From Coniocarpon cinnabarinum (lineage: Eukaryota), in the NCBI GenBank assembly GCA_051942205.1, contig JAVECO010000176.1:1-46864 (forward strand): a stretch of 46,864 nt of DNA. Reading direction: 5' to 3'. The position numbers and the translations under genes were made by a program. Below are positions 11,394 through 24,004 of the stretch, piece by piece. The notes under the pieces were generated by a model. That model searched no databases, had not been told where the DNA came from, and saw nothing but the letters and a program-made list of their open reading frames with translations. Positions within the stretch are counted from its first letter, which is position 1. The number at the start of each line of letters is the position of its first letter.

Positions 11394-13360
11394 CTAGGCC
11401 TGTTGACAATGATCCCTACGAAAACAGACCATCAACGGAGGTTTCCACCACTGAACATGGATTTGTGAAGCTTCCTCCCACTGCTGTGTGTCGTCTAAGA
11501 GCCATATGTCAAACATGTGGACGAGCTTCGAGAGGATAAGCGTCATCTCCATCCACGCAAAGCTATACGAAGCCAATAGAGTCAGCCTTGATGCTCAGGA
11601 GCTCGAAAATGTACTCACTTCTTCCCTGTGCAGCCTCTGGGGCCCAATGAGAATGGTCTGCTAGCTTCAAGGATGTCCTTGGTCCTCGAATCTAGCCATC
11701 TTTCGGGAATGAAGTCGTTGGGCTTATGAAAGTTATTCTTGTCATGTGTGACACTCCACGCGCTCGTGTAGACCTCGACCTAGATGCACGAGGGTTATAA
11801 AGTGATCTTCGCTGCGAGAGCTGGCTGCGAGAGGTTGTGATTTGGCTTACCCCTGCAGGAATCCAGTGTCCAGTCACAAAGGCTCCTGGACTTGTCCTTG
11901 GAAAGCCTTGGCTTCCAGGTGGATGAATTCTCAACACCTCATTTACCACAGCTCCCAGGTACTTCAGGGCCCCTACCGACGACGCACTGATGTCTTCAGC
12001 TGCTTCGTGTGAAGTGCGAATCTCGGCTTTTAGTCGAACGAAAGTCCTAGGGTTTTTGCACAGAAAGAATATGGCAGAGGTAAGGAATGTAGAAACAGTC
12101 TCCCCGCCTGCAACCCTGTATGTGACATGTGAGCCGCCGTTGGAGGAATTGAAATGGAGACGTTGCTCACACAAGCGTCGACGCATGTGCGGTCAGCTCT
12201 TCGCGTGGGATTTCACCTGACTGCACCCTTCTAGTGATCTTAGATAGAAAGTCCCCACGATGCTCACCATTCTTTCGGTGCAGACGTCTAATAGCGTGAT
12301 TCAGATCTTGTGTGTACTTGGAATGGTGTCAGCGTAGTCTTTGTAGGTCTCACCTAGTAATCTTGTCGCGGCTAAAGTCTAGGTGTCTTTTGCGAACATT
12401 CCCACTGCAGTGTCAAAGTCAGCTGCATAGTTATGACCCTGATAGACGCACCTCAAGCTAGGAAAGATTAAAGATCCAATCCGCCGGAGGACTGGAATGC
12501 GCCGCAGATTATCGATAAGTGTGATCAAATAGAGATGGCGGGCTATCAGCTGCTGCCAAGGATGAGGTCTTTCTAAGATCAAAAAACGATTAGCCAAGAT
12601 ACGTGTTGTCAGGCTGCATGTGGTAGCCTAGTGCTACCTTTTTGGATGCATCCAAAGCTTTCACCGAAAGCCATTTCGCCAAGAACATCAAAGGCAATCA
12701 TCTCAGACCACTTCGTCCAGTCCAACACAACCGCGCCTGAGTCTGTGCCAGCCAACTTAGCCAGCAGGTTGCCGATACACACTTGTACGACAGGTTCTTG
12801 CTCTAACAGTGCCCGGTTCGTAAATGCGCCAGCCAGATCGCGTTTCATACGGGCATGAACAATGGGATCACGCTCGCTTCCAATGCAGCCTGTTTCAAAC
12901 CCGGAACTAAAGACATCATAGAAATCAGTCTTGCAAAACCCAGTCCCGGCGGTAGTTTCAGGGGCGTGAATGTCCCTCCACGAGTCGACGGAAGCGAAGG
13001 ATAGTTCATTTAGAGACACCCGAAAAATCGAACCTGCATGGAACGAATTGTCAGTCGTTGCGCTGATATCCAGAGTCCACGTCTTATATTACCATATGTC
13101 GCATGTTGTTGCTCGATAGCACGGTGAAAGCGACCGCTGAGTGAGTGCAGGAAGCGCCAAAGCTGGAATTGTTCTGTTAGCTTATGCAACACGGGGCAAG
13201 AGAGGAAGTCGGGAAAAAGCAGGACCAGTGAGCTTCGCGCCAGTAGTGGGCCCGGAAAATGCGCCAATGGGTGAAAATATATGTTGTAAAAGAGTTGGAC
13301 AAAAGAGAGACTGGCCAGGAAGATGATTAAGGTAGCCAATGTGAGCAAAGCCATCGTCAT
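11394..13360 (-). CDS. Cytochrome P450 (CYP65/Tri11-like), multi-exon
   Basis: FHPLAHFPGP, RVSLNELSF, FDVLGEMAFGESFG, AGGETVST, EVLR, FIPERW, PFSLGPRGCTGKN. Exons join in frame across GT-AG introns. Confidence 0.93.
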
Positions 13361-14272
13361 ATGATCGCGTTTCTTCCAGATCTCGTTTCGTGATCAGTCT
13401 CCTAGGGGATTTGCGACTAATAGTGGAAGGATTGAACTTTTGAAAGCAGCTTCTGAATGGCGCAAGAGTGTGCAACGGCCGACGAGCGGGTACAATGTGC
13501 AGCCAATCGTTTGTGGCGTGCGTGATACTTCTTGGTCCGCAATACGGCCGAAGCCTCGTAGAGCTTCTTCACGCGCAGATCGGCGAGCAGAGGTGCTCCG
13601 CACATATAACGCAGAGTCGGCAGGCGCCAACAGGCGACGGGCCGGCTCGCACCGGTTTCCGCGAAGCGTGGATCAAGCTGCGTCGCAGAAAGGCGAAAGG
13701 TCGGGTGCGAGCGGAATCGTGGCGTGGGTGGGCGGGGACGAGGTGTAAGGATGTGTAAGCAGGCAGCGGTGCTATACCCGGTCGAGAATAGGAGACTGTG
13801 AAGGAGCCTGGCTGGATCGATTGGCCTCACGTCACGACGCGTTTCGAGTACAGAGGCGGCTGCTGATCAATAGGTCAATAGGCAGGCAGCGATGGGGTGG
13901 AGCCGCAAGCATCCTAAACAGGCAATCTCCGAAGTGAGGCACGCGTGACTTGACCAGCATTTGCCACAGGACGTGGGCGATGGGAATTTGAGCACGTCCA
14001 TTCGCACATGTTCTTGCATCCGCACGGGAGATGGTACGCGCCATAACTGATCATCGATGCCTCATGTATGCCTCATGTATGAACGGAGTAGATGAGGCAT
14101 CGTCTTTCCGGTCATTGGCCTGCAGTCAAGCCGCCGTGTCTGCCTGCTCTGCAGCAATGTGGTTCAGTACGGACGCCGCGTCGCACCTCTGTCACGTCTC
14201 CCACGCCCACCTGGAGGTCACTCCTCGCGCACCTTGCTACCGCTGTTAGAATCGGCCAGATGGCCTATAGCA

Positions 14273-15691
14273 ATGTATGGCACACTCAGGCGTGGTCGCG
14301 ATACCCTGAGCGTGGAGCGCCTTCAACAGCCACTTCGCGACGGAACTTGTGCCGGTCATCTGGCTTGCAAGAATTGCCGCATCAAAAAGGTGAGTGCAGC
14401 TATTGCATTGCGTCCACATACGATTGTGGTAATGATGGGAGATTACAGTTGAAGTGCGACGGTAATAGGGACGGCTGTGGAAGGTGTCGTGAGACTCGAT
14501 CTGCGTGTTCTTACACGAGCGTTCGGAGCTCTAAGCGACATCGAACAGCACTGGCTCCCTCAACATCCATTCGATCGTCTGATACGGAAAGTCTGCCGTC
14601 GTCCAATACAGCACCTGGAGAGTGCATGGAGGCATGCCTAGACGACATGCACGAAGATTCGGGAGACCAGGCTCAGGAATCCCTCTCAACCCCATGCAAT
14701 GGCGAGACGTGGAGGCATGAGATATCGCAAGAGCACTCAGAACAATCTACATTCCACCGCCTAAGCACGCCAGCGGCATCTCTTGACGAAATGAGCCTGC
14801 TTTCATACGACACACGGCAAGCAACTGAAGCCGCATATGTGCCTGACAACGTAATCCCGGTGTGTGAAAGCTTTATTAATCACGAATGCATCATGGCTTT
14901 TGATCCGACGATGGGGTAAGGGCACATGAGATTCTGCCTTGATGTAAGACCACTGAAGGGTGTGCACCAGACTTCCACCTCTGGAAGGTCTTGCCATGGA
15001 CCTTGCGCAGGACCCCTTGGACGTGGATGTGTCTCCTCGAGTTTCTGCCACGACATCTAAGCCCCAGAGTCCGACTCGAAACACATCCTCTGAGTCAGGA
15101 GCGGAACCTTTCAATCTGCAGCGAGGAACACTCAGTACTGGGGAGTCTAATCAATCATTACAGAACATCGCCGGTACCTGTAACGGCGATTTTGGCCCAT
15201 GTCATTGCATGTCAACGTGCGCTAATCTTCTAGAACGCTTGGAGGGCTCTAAAGGTCAAACACTCAGCGAAGAGCCGATCGACTGGTTGCATAACCTGCT
15301 TAAGCAAAATGTCGCGCGCAGCTTACAAGTGTTGGACTGTAAGCGATGCAGGACATCATCAGGCATTATGATACTGCTTGCACTTGTCTGTGAGCGCCTA
15401 GCCAGTATCTACACCGGCATTCCTCTTGGGATGCGTCAACGAAGTGGTCAATGCTCTACCGAAGAACGAATCCCGCTTCCTTCACTGACTCCAAATCAAC
15501 CTCATCATCTTGGTCATCTGGTGATCGACACTACTGAAGAATGGTTCAACGTCTGCAGCGCGCTCGTCTGGGGCTATCGCCAAGCATTCCTTCGTCTACT
15601 CCATCGTCTAGATGAACTTGCATTTGAACGAAGTTGGCATACGCACAAGCGGATGGTGGAATCGGTCCTGACTTCAATCAAAGATTCTTGA
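14273..15691 (+). CDS. Zn(II)2Cys6 transcription factor, probable pathway-specific regulator
   Basis: MYGTLRR...ACKNCRIKK/intron/LKCDGNRDGCGRCRETRSAC. The C-terminal CHC...CKRC helical region resembles AflR-type cluster regulators. Second intron at ~14916-14958. Confidence 0.9.
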
Positions 15692-16323
15692 TCAATTGTC
15701 ACAGACATTGCTCACTGGAACATACTTGTTCATTATTAGTGTCGAATGTCGCTTTCATTTGACCACGGAGCCTCTGACTCAACGATGTTCCATCCAGTGA
15801 CCAGCCATGTTTAATGCAGTGACGCATTTCGCCAATGGGCACAGCATGAGAGGGTTGCGGGACCTAGGTCAAACAGTCTTGGTGTAGTTCTGTCAATCAT
15901 CAATCACAGTGACAGTGCAAAGGCAGCCAGAGTACAATAATTGACATGTCTCGCTAAGCATAGCTAAAAGCAATTCAAGTCTTCCTGCCAAAATTCGACA
16001 TTTTTTTCAATAATATTTGCTGGAGCATTAGAGCCTTGCTACTTGGGAAGCACGGCGCAGGTTCTCGTGTGAGTTCGCTGTGGAAATGGGCCGTGCAAGC
16101 GCATTGTCTGAGGCCAAAATGCTCCGTGTCATGCATTGAGGATCAGCACTTCGATGTACAGATCTGGCAAAGTCCGACCCGTGTCCTGCATGGGGTTGTC
16201 GGCATGATTGTATTGATAACCGTGTTGATATCGCTCAGCTCTACTAAGCTGCGCTCAGAGACTTCAGGCCATATACAGAGCCTTTCACTTTGTCTCTGCA
16301 ATCACCGGACCACGAATGCTGCA

Positions 16324-17632
16324 ATGTCGAGTCTGACCCCTGGTTCACCTGCCTACGAATTCCAGAAGGCGCATTCTCACGATGATCTGCGTCCAGCGTA
16401 CACAGCAGGGGTTGTCGTCATCACCGTGTCTGCAACTGTGGTCCTGGTCGTTCGACTGTTTCAGTCCCGCCGTAGGCATGGTCGGTGGGATGCCGGTGAT
16501 TACATGATTCTATTTGCGTGGTTGATTGCTTTGTACATGCAGGTCACTTCACTTGTTGGTCAGTCAACGAACATTCCAATCTTCGAATCCTAAGTCTCTG
16601 ACAAACTTCGCATAGCTTTTCGATTCGGACTCGGTCTCCATGAGCAGCGAGTTCTTGACGGCGGACCCTCACTAAATATCGTCAAAGCTTTCAAAGTCAG
16701 TCATTGACTACCATTCCATGCCACTCCACTCACCACTACAGGCGGTGATACCAATCACGTTCATGTCTGCAATTTGCTTCCTGTTCATTAAACTGGCACT
16801 GCTACATTATTACAGGAAGATCTTCTTGGTCCAGCAGCGCGCGTTGAAGATTACTCTTTGGCTGAACGCAATCTACATCATCCTGTGGGCTGTTGGCGTC
16901 TTTTTCTTCTACCTCTTCACGTGCATACCTGTCTCGTACGAATGGGAGCGGTATGGCTCTTTTGTTAGCTATGGTAATCAGCATGCAAAATGCATCCACA
17001 TACAGCCAAATCCCCACATACTGAGCACAGTCTTGATTGTGGGCATACTCGGTCTACTTTCAGACGTGGCCATCATACTCATTCCAATGTTCATGCTCAG
17101 AACATTGCATATGAGTAGGAAAAGGAAATTCGGTCTTATACTTCTGTTTTCGGTTGGCTGGTTTACCGTTGCAACGACTATCATCCGTCTGGTGTATCAG
17201 GGCAGGCTGACCAGCGACGACGACACAACATGTAAGTTATTTACAAGCAGCTGTCAGCGGTGGCAATTGACATAAGTCTTCGCAGGGGACTACGTGCCGT
17301 CGACTTTATGGCTCGATGTCGAGGTGATGACGGCGATATTTTGTGCCTGTGTCCCGCCCTCCGCTCGAACGTTCCAAGAGCTCAGTGGACAATTGTATCA
17401 GCTTGCATCTTCGGTTGCGAGTGGCTCACGAACGAGACGAGACAGCTCGACCGGCCACGTCGCGCAACCAATGGGAAAGGCTCTCCCTGAAGGTCCTGGG
17501 ATTCAGCGACTAGGATCTCAGAACGGAAGCGAGGGGAGACTATGGATTCCACAAGATAGGATTGGCGTAGAAAGGACTGACTGCGGAGGCAGATACACCC
17601 GCCGCCCGCTTTCAACGGAGGGATTCTCCTGA
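16324..17632 (+). CDS. PTH11/SAT4-like fungal rhodopsin-domain integral membrane protein (no CFEM seen)
   Basis: Multiple TM helices; motifs VVRL..WDAGDYMI, FGLGLH, IKLALLHYYRKIF, CIPVSYEW, SDVAIILIP..LHMSRKRKFGLILLF, EVMTAIFCACVP. Confidence 0.88.
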
Positions 17633-18204
17633 TGGGGACGGAGTTGACCGTGTGGGACCGTCAGGAGAGGTGTAAGCAGTTGAAGCGCTACCGCAGTATT
17701 CATACTTTCATGTCTGCCTCTTGTCTAGAAGTATGATATAATCATGTTCAGCGTATGATCTGTACCCTGCAAACACATTCCCTTTGACTTCGCCATTGCT
17801 CAAAAAAGAACGTTACCGATATTTGCTGCTTCACATGTAGGCCTCCCGGAGAGATACGCTTTCTATCTGGTTTTCGCGCATGTTGTAGCCTACCCTAGTG
17901 AATGGGTGCTCTCTACGTTGGACTTACCTCACCGAAAGACTCGAATCAGTTGATGTTAGGGTGTTTTGCGCACATGCTTTGTCTGGGTCTTAGGCTATAG
18001 ATGTTAGAGGCTTTGCTTTGACGGAACAGGCAATCCCCGACAGAGCCTCGCTGTCCTGTGTATCTTCGATTTTCCTCAAATACGAGGAGAACTAGAGTTC
18101 TGAGAGACAAAAGCTTACAATACAACTGAGGTACTCTTTGCTATCTTGTCATCTAGTGTGTCACGCCGACCCACTTCCTAAAACCTACCGCCGATTCAGC
18201 CACA

Positions 18205-20064
18205 ATGGTTGCCTTACTGGCGCTGTCATGTGCGTTTACTGTTGTGGTAAGAGCTCTCCCCGGATACGCTGGAAATCAGTGCTAATATTCAAAGGGAGTG
18301 GGAGTTGCTTCATTCTGTGCCGTTTACAGGCTCACACGGCATCCCCTTGCTCGGTTTCCCGGGCCAAAGATCGCGGCTATAAGCAACGTGAGTGGCGGCC
18401 TAGAAAACATCTCACGCATGGATGCTTATGTGAATCAGCTTTGGTATTGCTGGTGTTTCTTGAGTGGGCGTCAACCATATCGCCTGCTAGAGGTGCACAA
18501 GAAGTTTGGTGAGCAGTCTTTTTGAACGTGTCCCAAGCACTCGTTATCAGCCCCAGGCGACTGAATAGCTCAGGTCACATCGTGCGTGTTGCTCCGAATG
18601 AGCTCTCATTCAACGGTGCGCAGTCTTGGAAGGATATATACGACTTTCGTCCCGGCCACCGCATCTTTGTGAAAAGCAATTTCTACGAGAACGGGAGCTT
18701 CGCTGACCAGTGCGGTTCATTCGTGAGCGAAAGGGACCCCGAGAACCACAGTCGTATGCGACGGTTCCTGTCACATGCATTTTCCATGAAGTCGCTTGCT
18801 GAGCAAGAGGCAAACATAACGGCCATCATTGACACCTTCATCGATGAAGTTGGCAAACGACACAGCCTTGACATAGGGGAGTTCTATCACATCTTGACAT
18901 TTGATGTAATAGGAAGCCTCGCGTTCGGCGAAAGCTTCGGCGGCCTACCAAGTGGTATGTGCGAAGTCTGCTGCGAAATTGTGAAGTATTCCTTAATGTG
19001 ATCTGACACAACCTAACGCCCAGGCTCAACGCATCCTTGGATCAAACGCACTGTCGGGGCGCTGACTCAAGGAGCGCTTGTGGAGTGTTTTAAACGATTC
19101 CCAATCTTAGCAAGAGTGATGTTAACTTTTCTATCGGGAAAGTTCGATCGACTGGTCGAAGACACCAAGGTCAATGAGCATTTCGCCATTGAGCTCACCA
19201 AGAAGTATGTATAGACTTGATACTTACGGACGCAATAACAACTCTGGCCAGGCGCATCGAAAGCGGAAACACTCGGCATGACTTTTTGACCCGCATTCTC
19301 GAGCAGCGGGATCCTAGGGAAGTGACAGACATTCAAATCGCCGCTCACGCGTCCGACTTTGTTCTCGCTGGGAGTGAAACTACGGCTACTACCCTTTCGA
19401 CGATCACACATCACATCATGAAGCATCGACACATTTTACTTCGTCTTCAAAAAGAGATCCGCCGTGAGTTTACATCTTACAAAGACATCACGTATTTGAG
19501 GGCTAGCAATCTGGAGTATCTTGGCGCTGTCTGCCTCGAAGCAATGCGTATATGTCCCCCGGTGCCTTTTGCTCTTCCGCGCGTAGTGCCCGAGCCTGGA
19601 GATACTGTCGACGGACAATTTATTGCTGCCGGTGTATGTGAAGCGTCTCTGAAAGTCCCACGATGAGTCTTGTATAGCTGACGCCCGAACCAGACTGTCG
19701 TATCCACAGCTCCCATCGCTGCGACACTAGATCATAGGAATTTTCAAGATCCGTTGGATTTCGTGCCGGAGAGATGGCTGGATAGGACAGACGACGTACT
19801 GGATGCAAGCCAGCCGTTCTCACTGGGATCCAGGGCTTGCTTGGGTCGAAAGTAAGAATGCTCAAGGCAAGTGTATCGATCTAGCAATCACTAACACTTT
19901 GTAGTCTGGGCTGGCTGGAAATTCGACTTGTATTAGCGAAGCTCTTGTTTGCATATGACCTGGAGCGGGTGGGTGAGGATTTTGACTGGCACACAAGCCT
20001 TAAGATGCGCACGCTATGGGTTATACCTCATCTGAATGTGAGATTGCGTCCCATCGAGCACTAG
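18205..20064 (+). CDS. Cytochrome P450 (CYP65/Tri11-like), multi-exon
   Basis: HPLARFPGP, RVAPNELSF, FDVIGSLAFGESFG, AGSETTAT, EAMR, FVPERW, PFSLGSRACLGR; stop TAG at 20062-20064. Confidence 0.93.
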
Positions 20065-20673
20065 GTCGACACTCCATCTTGCTGTGAGGAGAAGGACCTA
20101 GGCACTTACGTGTGGCTTGGTTAAAAGCATGAGAAAATTGCGGCAGGGTTAGAAGGTGCCAGTTGCCTGAGAAAACAGGTGCGGCTTCGGTGGGGGGGAT
20201 TTTTAGTCCGTCTCGCTAAGCGTCAGCAAGTATGTCGCCAATATCTGCCTGGCTGGTCTGTGCACATACTCAATGCTACCTACCGGGCCTTACTTAATGT
20301 GCGCATCTCCTATTCGACCCTCCCCCGTATTATCCCCACGTGGTTGTGACGGGTCATTGGGCACGTCCAACCTGGTGCTAATCGGTGACGAAAATGAATC
20401 ATCAGTCATTTCACCGTGTTTCATGTCCTGTCAAGTTTCAATCAATGTAGACCGTCGTCCTCCTTCGCTGAACGCCGTCTGAGAAAGTGTAAAATAGAGC
20501 CGCCTACCTGCGCAAGGGTTTCTAAATTGATCGTCGCTTTAGGTAAGATCCGAGAAATACAACGCGCTATCATCAAAGAGCCAACGCGCTTCTTCAGCGC
20601 GTCATGCCATTTTTACAGCGCTATACATACACCACACAACTAGTTGACCCTTCGCATCGAAGCCACGTCGAAG

Positions 20674-21720
20674 ATGACTTCCCTTGAAATCGATCCACGG
20701 CTTTTTCCTAGCCTGGAGGGGAAGACTGCGGTGATCACCGGTACGTGTAAAAGCCTTTCAAGTCGCTTTCGTGCTGTCAGCACAAGGTGTGAGTTAATTT
20801 CAAACTGGAAGGAGGCGCTTCGGGCATCGGACTTGCTACTGCAAAACTGTTGACATCTCTCAATGCCGATGTGTTTGTGCTGGATGTGAAGAGTGCGGTG
20901 GACGGGGAATGGCTGCAAAGCGAAAACGCTCACTACGTTCATTGTGACGTAAGCAAATGGGAAAGTTGTTCCAATGCAATGAGCTCAGTTGGACGCGTGC
21001 ACATGCTTTTTTCCAACGCCGGTATCTTCCCATCCGAAAGTAACCTCGAAAAGGATGCATTAGACGATAATGGAGGACTCAAAAAACCAGAGCTGGGTGT
21101 CTTGGACGTGAACATTTGTGGGACTTTGTACATGATTAAGATTTGTCGCTGGTACATGCGGAGACAACGGAGTGGGGGTTCCATCGTTGTGACATCAAGC
21201 GCGACCGCCTATGCACCAGAAGCCGGATACCCTACATTCAGCATGTCCAAGGCTGCGGTACGTATGCATCAAGGCCTTTGTGCTTCTAGCAGACTATTGA
21301 TGACTGCGGATAAAGCTAATAGCGCTTGTACGCGCGTACCGCATGAGTCTCGTCAACGAGGGCATCACCATCAACGCGGTTGCGCCTGCAGCAACGCTGA
21401 CACCACTCTTGCCGGAGGGATTAGTACGGCCTTTATTGGATGCCGGATTGCCCGTGAGTACGCCTGAGCATGTGGCAAAGGCCTTGATCTTCTCTGCGAC
21501 AGCTAAGCAGTCAACTTCTGTGAGCCTTTACGGCAAGGAAGCAGACCAGCCCAGGAGTGCGCAGACGCCTTGGAATGGAAGAGTCATATATACAACTGGA
21601 GATACCTACACAGAGGTGGAGGAAAACTTGGAAGACACTAAGCCGGGCTGGCTGGGTGCCACAAATGTTGACCTGTTGCAAAGGCAACAACGCTTGACAG
21701 ATGCCAGGGGCATGAATTAA
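20674..21720 (+). CDS. Short-chain dehydrogenase/reductase (classical fold) with Phe at the catalytic Tyr position
   Basis: VITG/GASGIG Rossmann motif, CDV, FSNAGI, VTSSATAY, then TFSMSK (FxxxK rather than YxxxK), ITINAVAP. Two introns. Confidence 0.9.
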
Positions 21721-21866
21721 GGTAAATAATTTATGCGCGCATCAAACCGTCCAAGTCGAATTTCCAGTGCACACGGAATTGAGCATGCACCCACGCTGTG
21801 TGCGATTATTAGCACAGGTGACGGATGGTACATGGCCGCGACTCGATCAACCTCTTGCCCGAAGCT

Positions 21867-23613
21867 TTATTCTTCCTGGTCCATTCTTCTCAATCGCAGT
21901 CGAATGTTCGGGTTTGGTAGATTCTGTGTCTCTACGTTCCACGTCAGATGCACTTCTTCAAGAGGTCTCTCGAAGCGAAAATCGAAGCGCAGCAGGAACG
22001 TCGCCAACACCATCTTTAGCTCCGCATTGGCAAAAAAACGTCCAGGGCACGCATGCCGCCCATATCCTAAGTCCTCAGTGTTCAGCTTCTTTCCAACGTT
22101 AGTACAGACATATGCCACATACCGAAGGACATTGTTTTGAGGTTACTTGTAGGCCATTGATATTTCTTAGCCTGTGGATTCCCGACTTCCTTCATGCGTG
22201 AGAATCTAAAACCATCGAATGTTTTGCCCCCTGGAATGTACCTCTCGTCCATCGCTAACGCTTGAGATGGACACCCCACTGTGGTTCCCTTGGGAGCTGT
22301 GAAGCCATCTTTAAAAGTCCAGTCCTTCCGCAAGATGCGCTCAAAGGTGACTATTCCAATTGATCAGCATTTCGTACGAATCAATGATACTCAGGCCACT
22401 CACTCACTCAGAAGAAGTGGGCTAAAACGTTGGCTTTCAATCATGAAGCTGTCAAGCTTAACGAGCTTCTCCAACGCATTTCTGTTCCATTGCCCTTCCT
22501 CATCAAGAACCTTTCGTGCTTCCGTACGTAGTGGCTCGATGTATTCGGCGCGATAACAGAGATTATACAGGATATTCAGCAAAACTCCAGAACTGGTGTG
22601 GATAGAAGCGAACGAGAGTTTCAACACTATATTCGCGATGAACTTGCTGTCACTTTCCCTTCCCTTCGCCTCATCCATCATCCACTGCACAGCGTCCACA
22701 GACTTATGCGCTCCATCGGCTTTGCGTGTTTCTATGATGGGACAGATTGCTTGCTGCGCAGTCCGATGATGTTGCTTGATTCTTCTCAATGACGACAAAA
22801 ATATTGCTACGACAGGTTTGAGGAATGAGGGATACCTTTTGAGGGTCTGGGCACTCACGAACCCATCGATCGCGAACGCAATAGATGTTGCAACCCAGGT
22901 TTCATGGTGACTCAGATCTTTTCCCGCAAACATACGACTAGTGATTCGAGCGATCATACCGAGAAACAGTTCGCCGGCGTCAACAACCTGCCAGCAATCG
23001 CCCTTTGGGAATTTTATTTGATAACATTCTTCTATCTCTTCAAACATTCCAGGCAAAAGCTTTCCTAGGATGGTCTCAGTCACCAAACCGCACCGCGATC
23101 GTTGAATGGTACAAGTTTGCCAACCTACCAATATTTTGAGTTAATGGCCCTCTCGTAATAGTAGGGTGTAGCTGCGACCGATCACCAAACGTCGTGTATT
23201 TGCCCTCAAACATCTCCTTGAACGTCCCAAGAAAATCGACATCGTCCATCCATGCAGATCTCAGCTCATCGACATACTGAGGAGGGATCATCAGGCGCTC
23301 TCCTAATGGAGTCGGAACATAGAATGGTCGATCGCGATACTTGAAATCTTGTTAGCTGTACGATTTGATTCCAATCAAAGCAAACAGAGAAGTGCCAATG
23401 TTGGTGTCGCTGAACAGGTACCTTCTCGTAGCCATGCGCCAGTATGACTTTTGCATTTGAGCGAAATTCTTCTCTAGCCCTCACTCGTGATTTGTTGTTG
23501 AGCAGGAATATTGAAACACCAGCAGCGTACTTCTGTCGGTAGACGATAGATCGACACATGATGAAGAGACACGCTGCTGCAGCCATGAACCACAAAATGA
23601 TCCATGACTCCAT
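21867..23613 (-). CDS. Cytochrome P450 (ent-kaurene-oxidase-like terpenoid P450)
   Basis: N-terminal TM anchor; IARITSRMFAG, SFASIHTS, LDSFMIESQR, FDGFRF, GYGRHACPGRFFA. Confidence 0.93.
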
Positions 23614-24004
23614 AGTCAAGTACGAGCTTTACTCAAATATAGCGATGACCTGCCAAGTGCGCGACGATTGCAAACTCGAAAGGCGATGCGCTTTTACAGC
23701 GTACCTGACTTTACCAAAATTCAGCATTGATCAGGAATGCGTCGTGCGGCGTTTGCCAAACATGGCAAAACCCGGTAGCGCTCAGTCTAATGACTGAGCA
23801 ACGACGTGCGGATGTGCATTTCACATGTAACAAGTGTCACAAAGCCGTTGTTTTTGAACTAAGCAGTAGCTACAGGAGGTCTATACTGATGAAATCTTCA
23901 TCCCGTGCATTCGTGTGAATACCAGCTTAGCTCCGACAAAATGAGTGACAGTGTCCAGGGCCTTTTAAGACAATTTTCAAAAAGCTCGTGGACGCACGAC
24001 CCAT

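Noticed and set aside
13394..14249. Several overlapping ORFs and an 11-bp tandem repeat (TGCCTCATGTA x2, ~14058) in the P450/TF intergenic region
   Set aside because: GC-rich promoter/5' UTR sequence yields spurious ORFs; no domain signatures, and the repeat is trivial.
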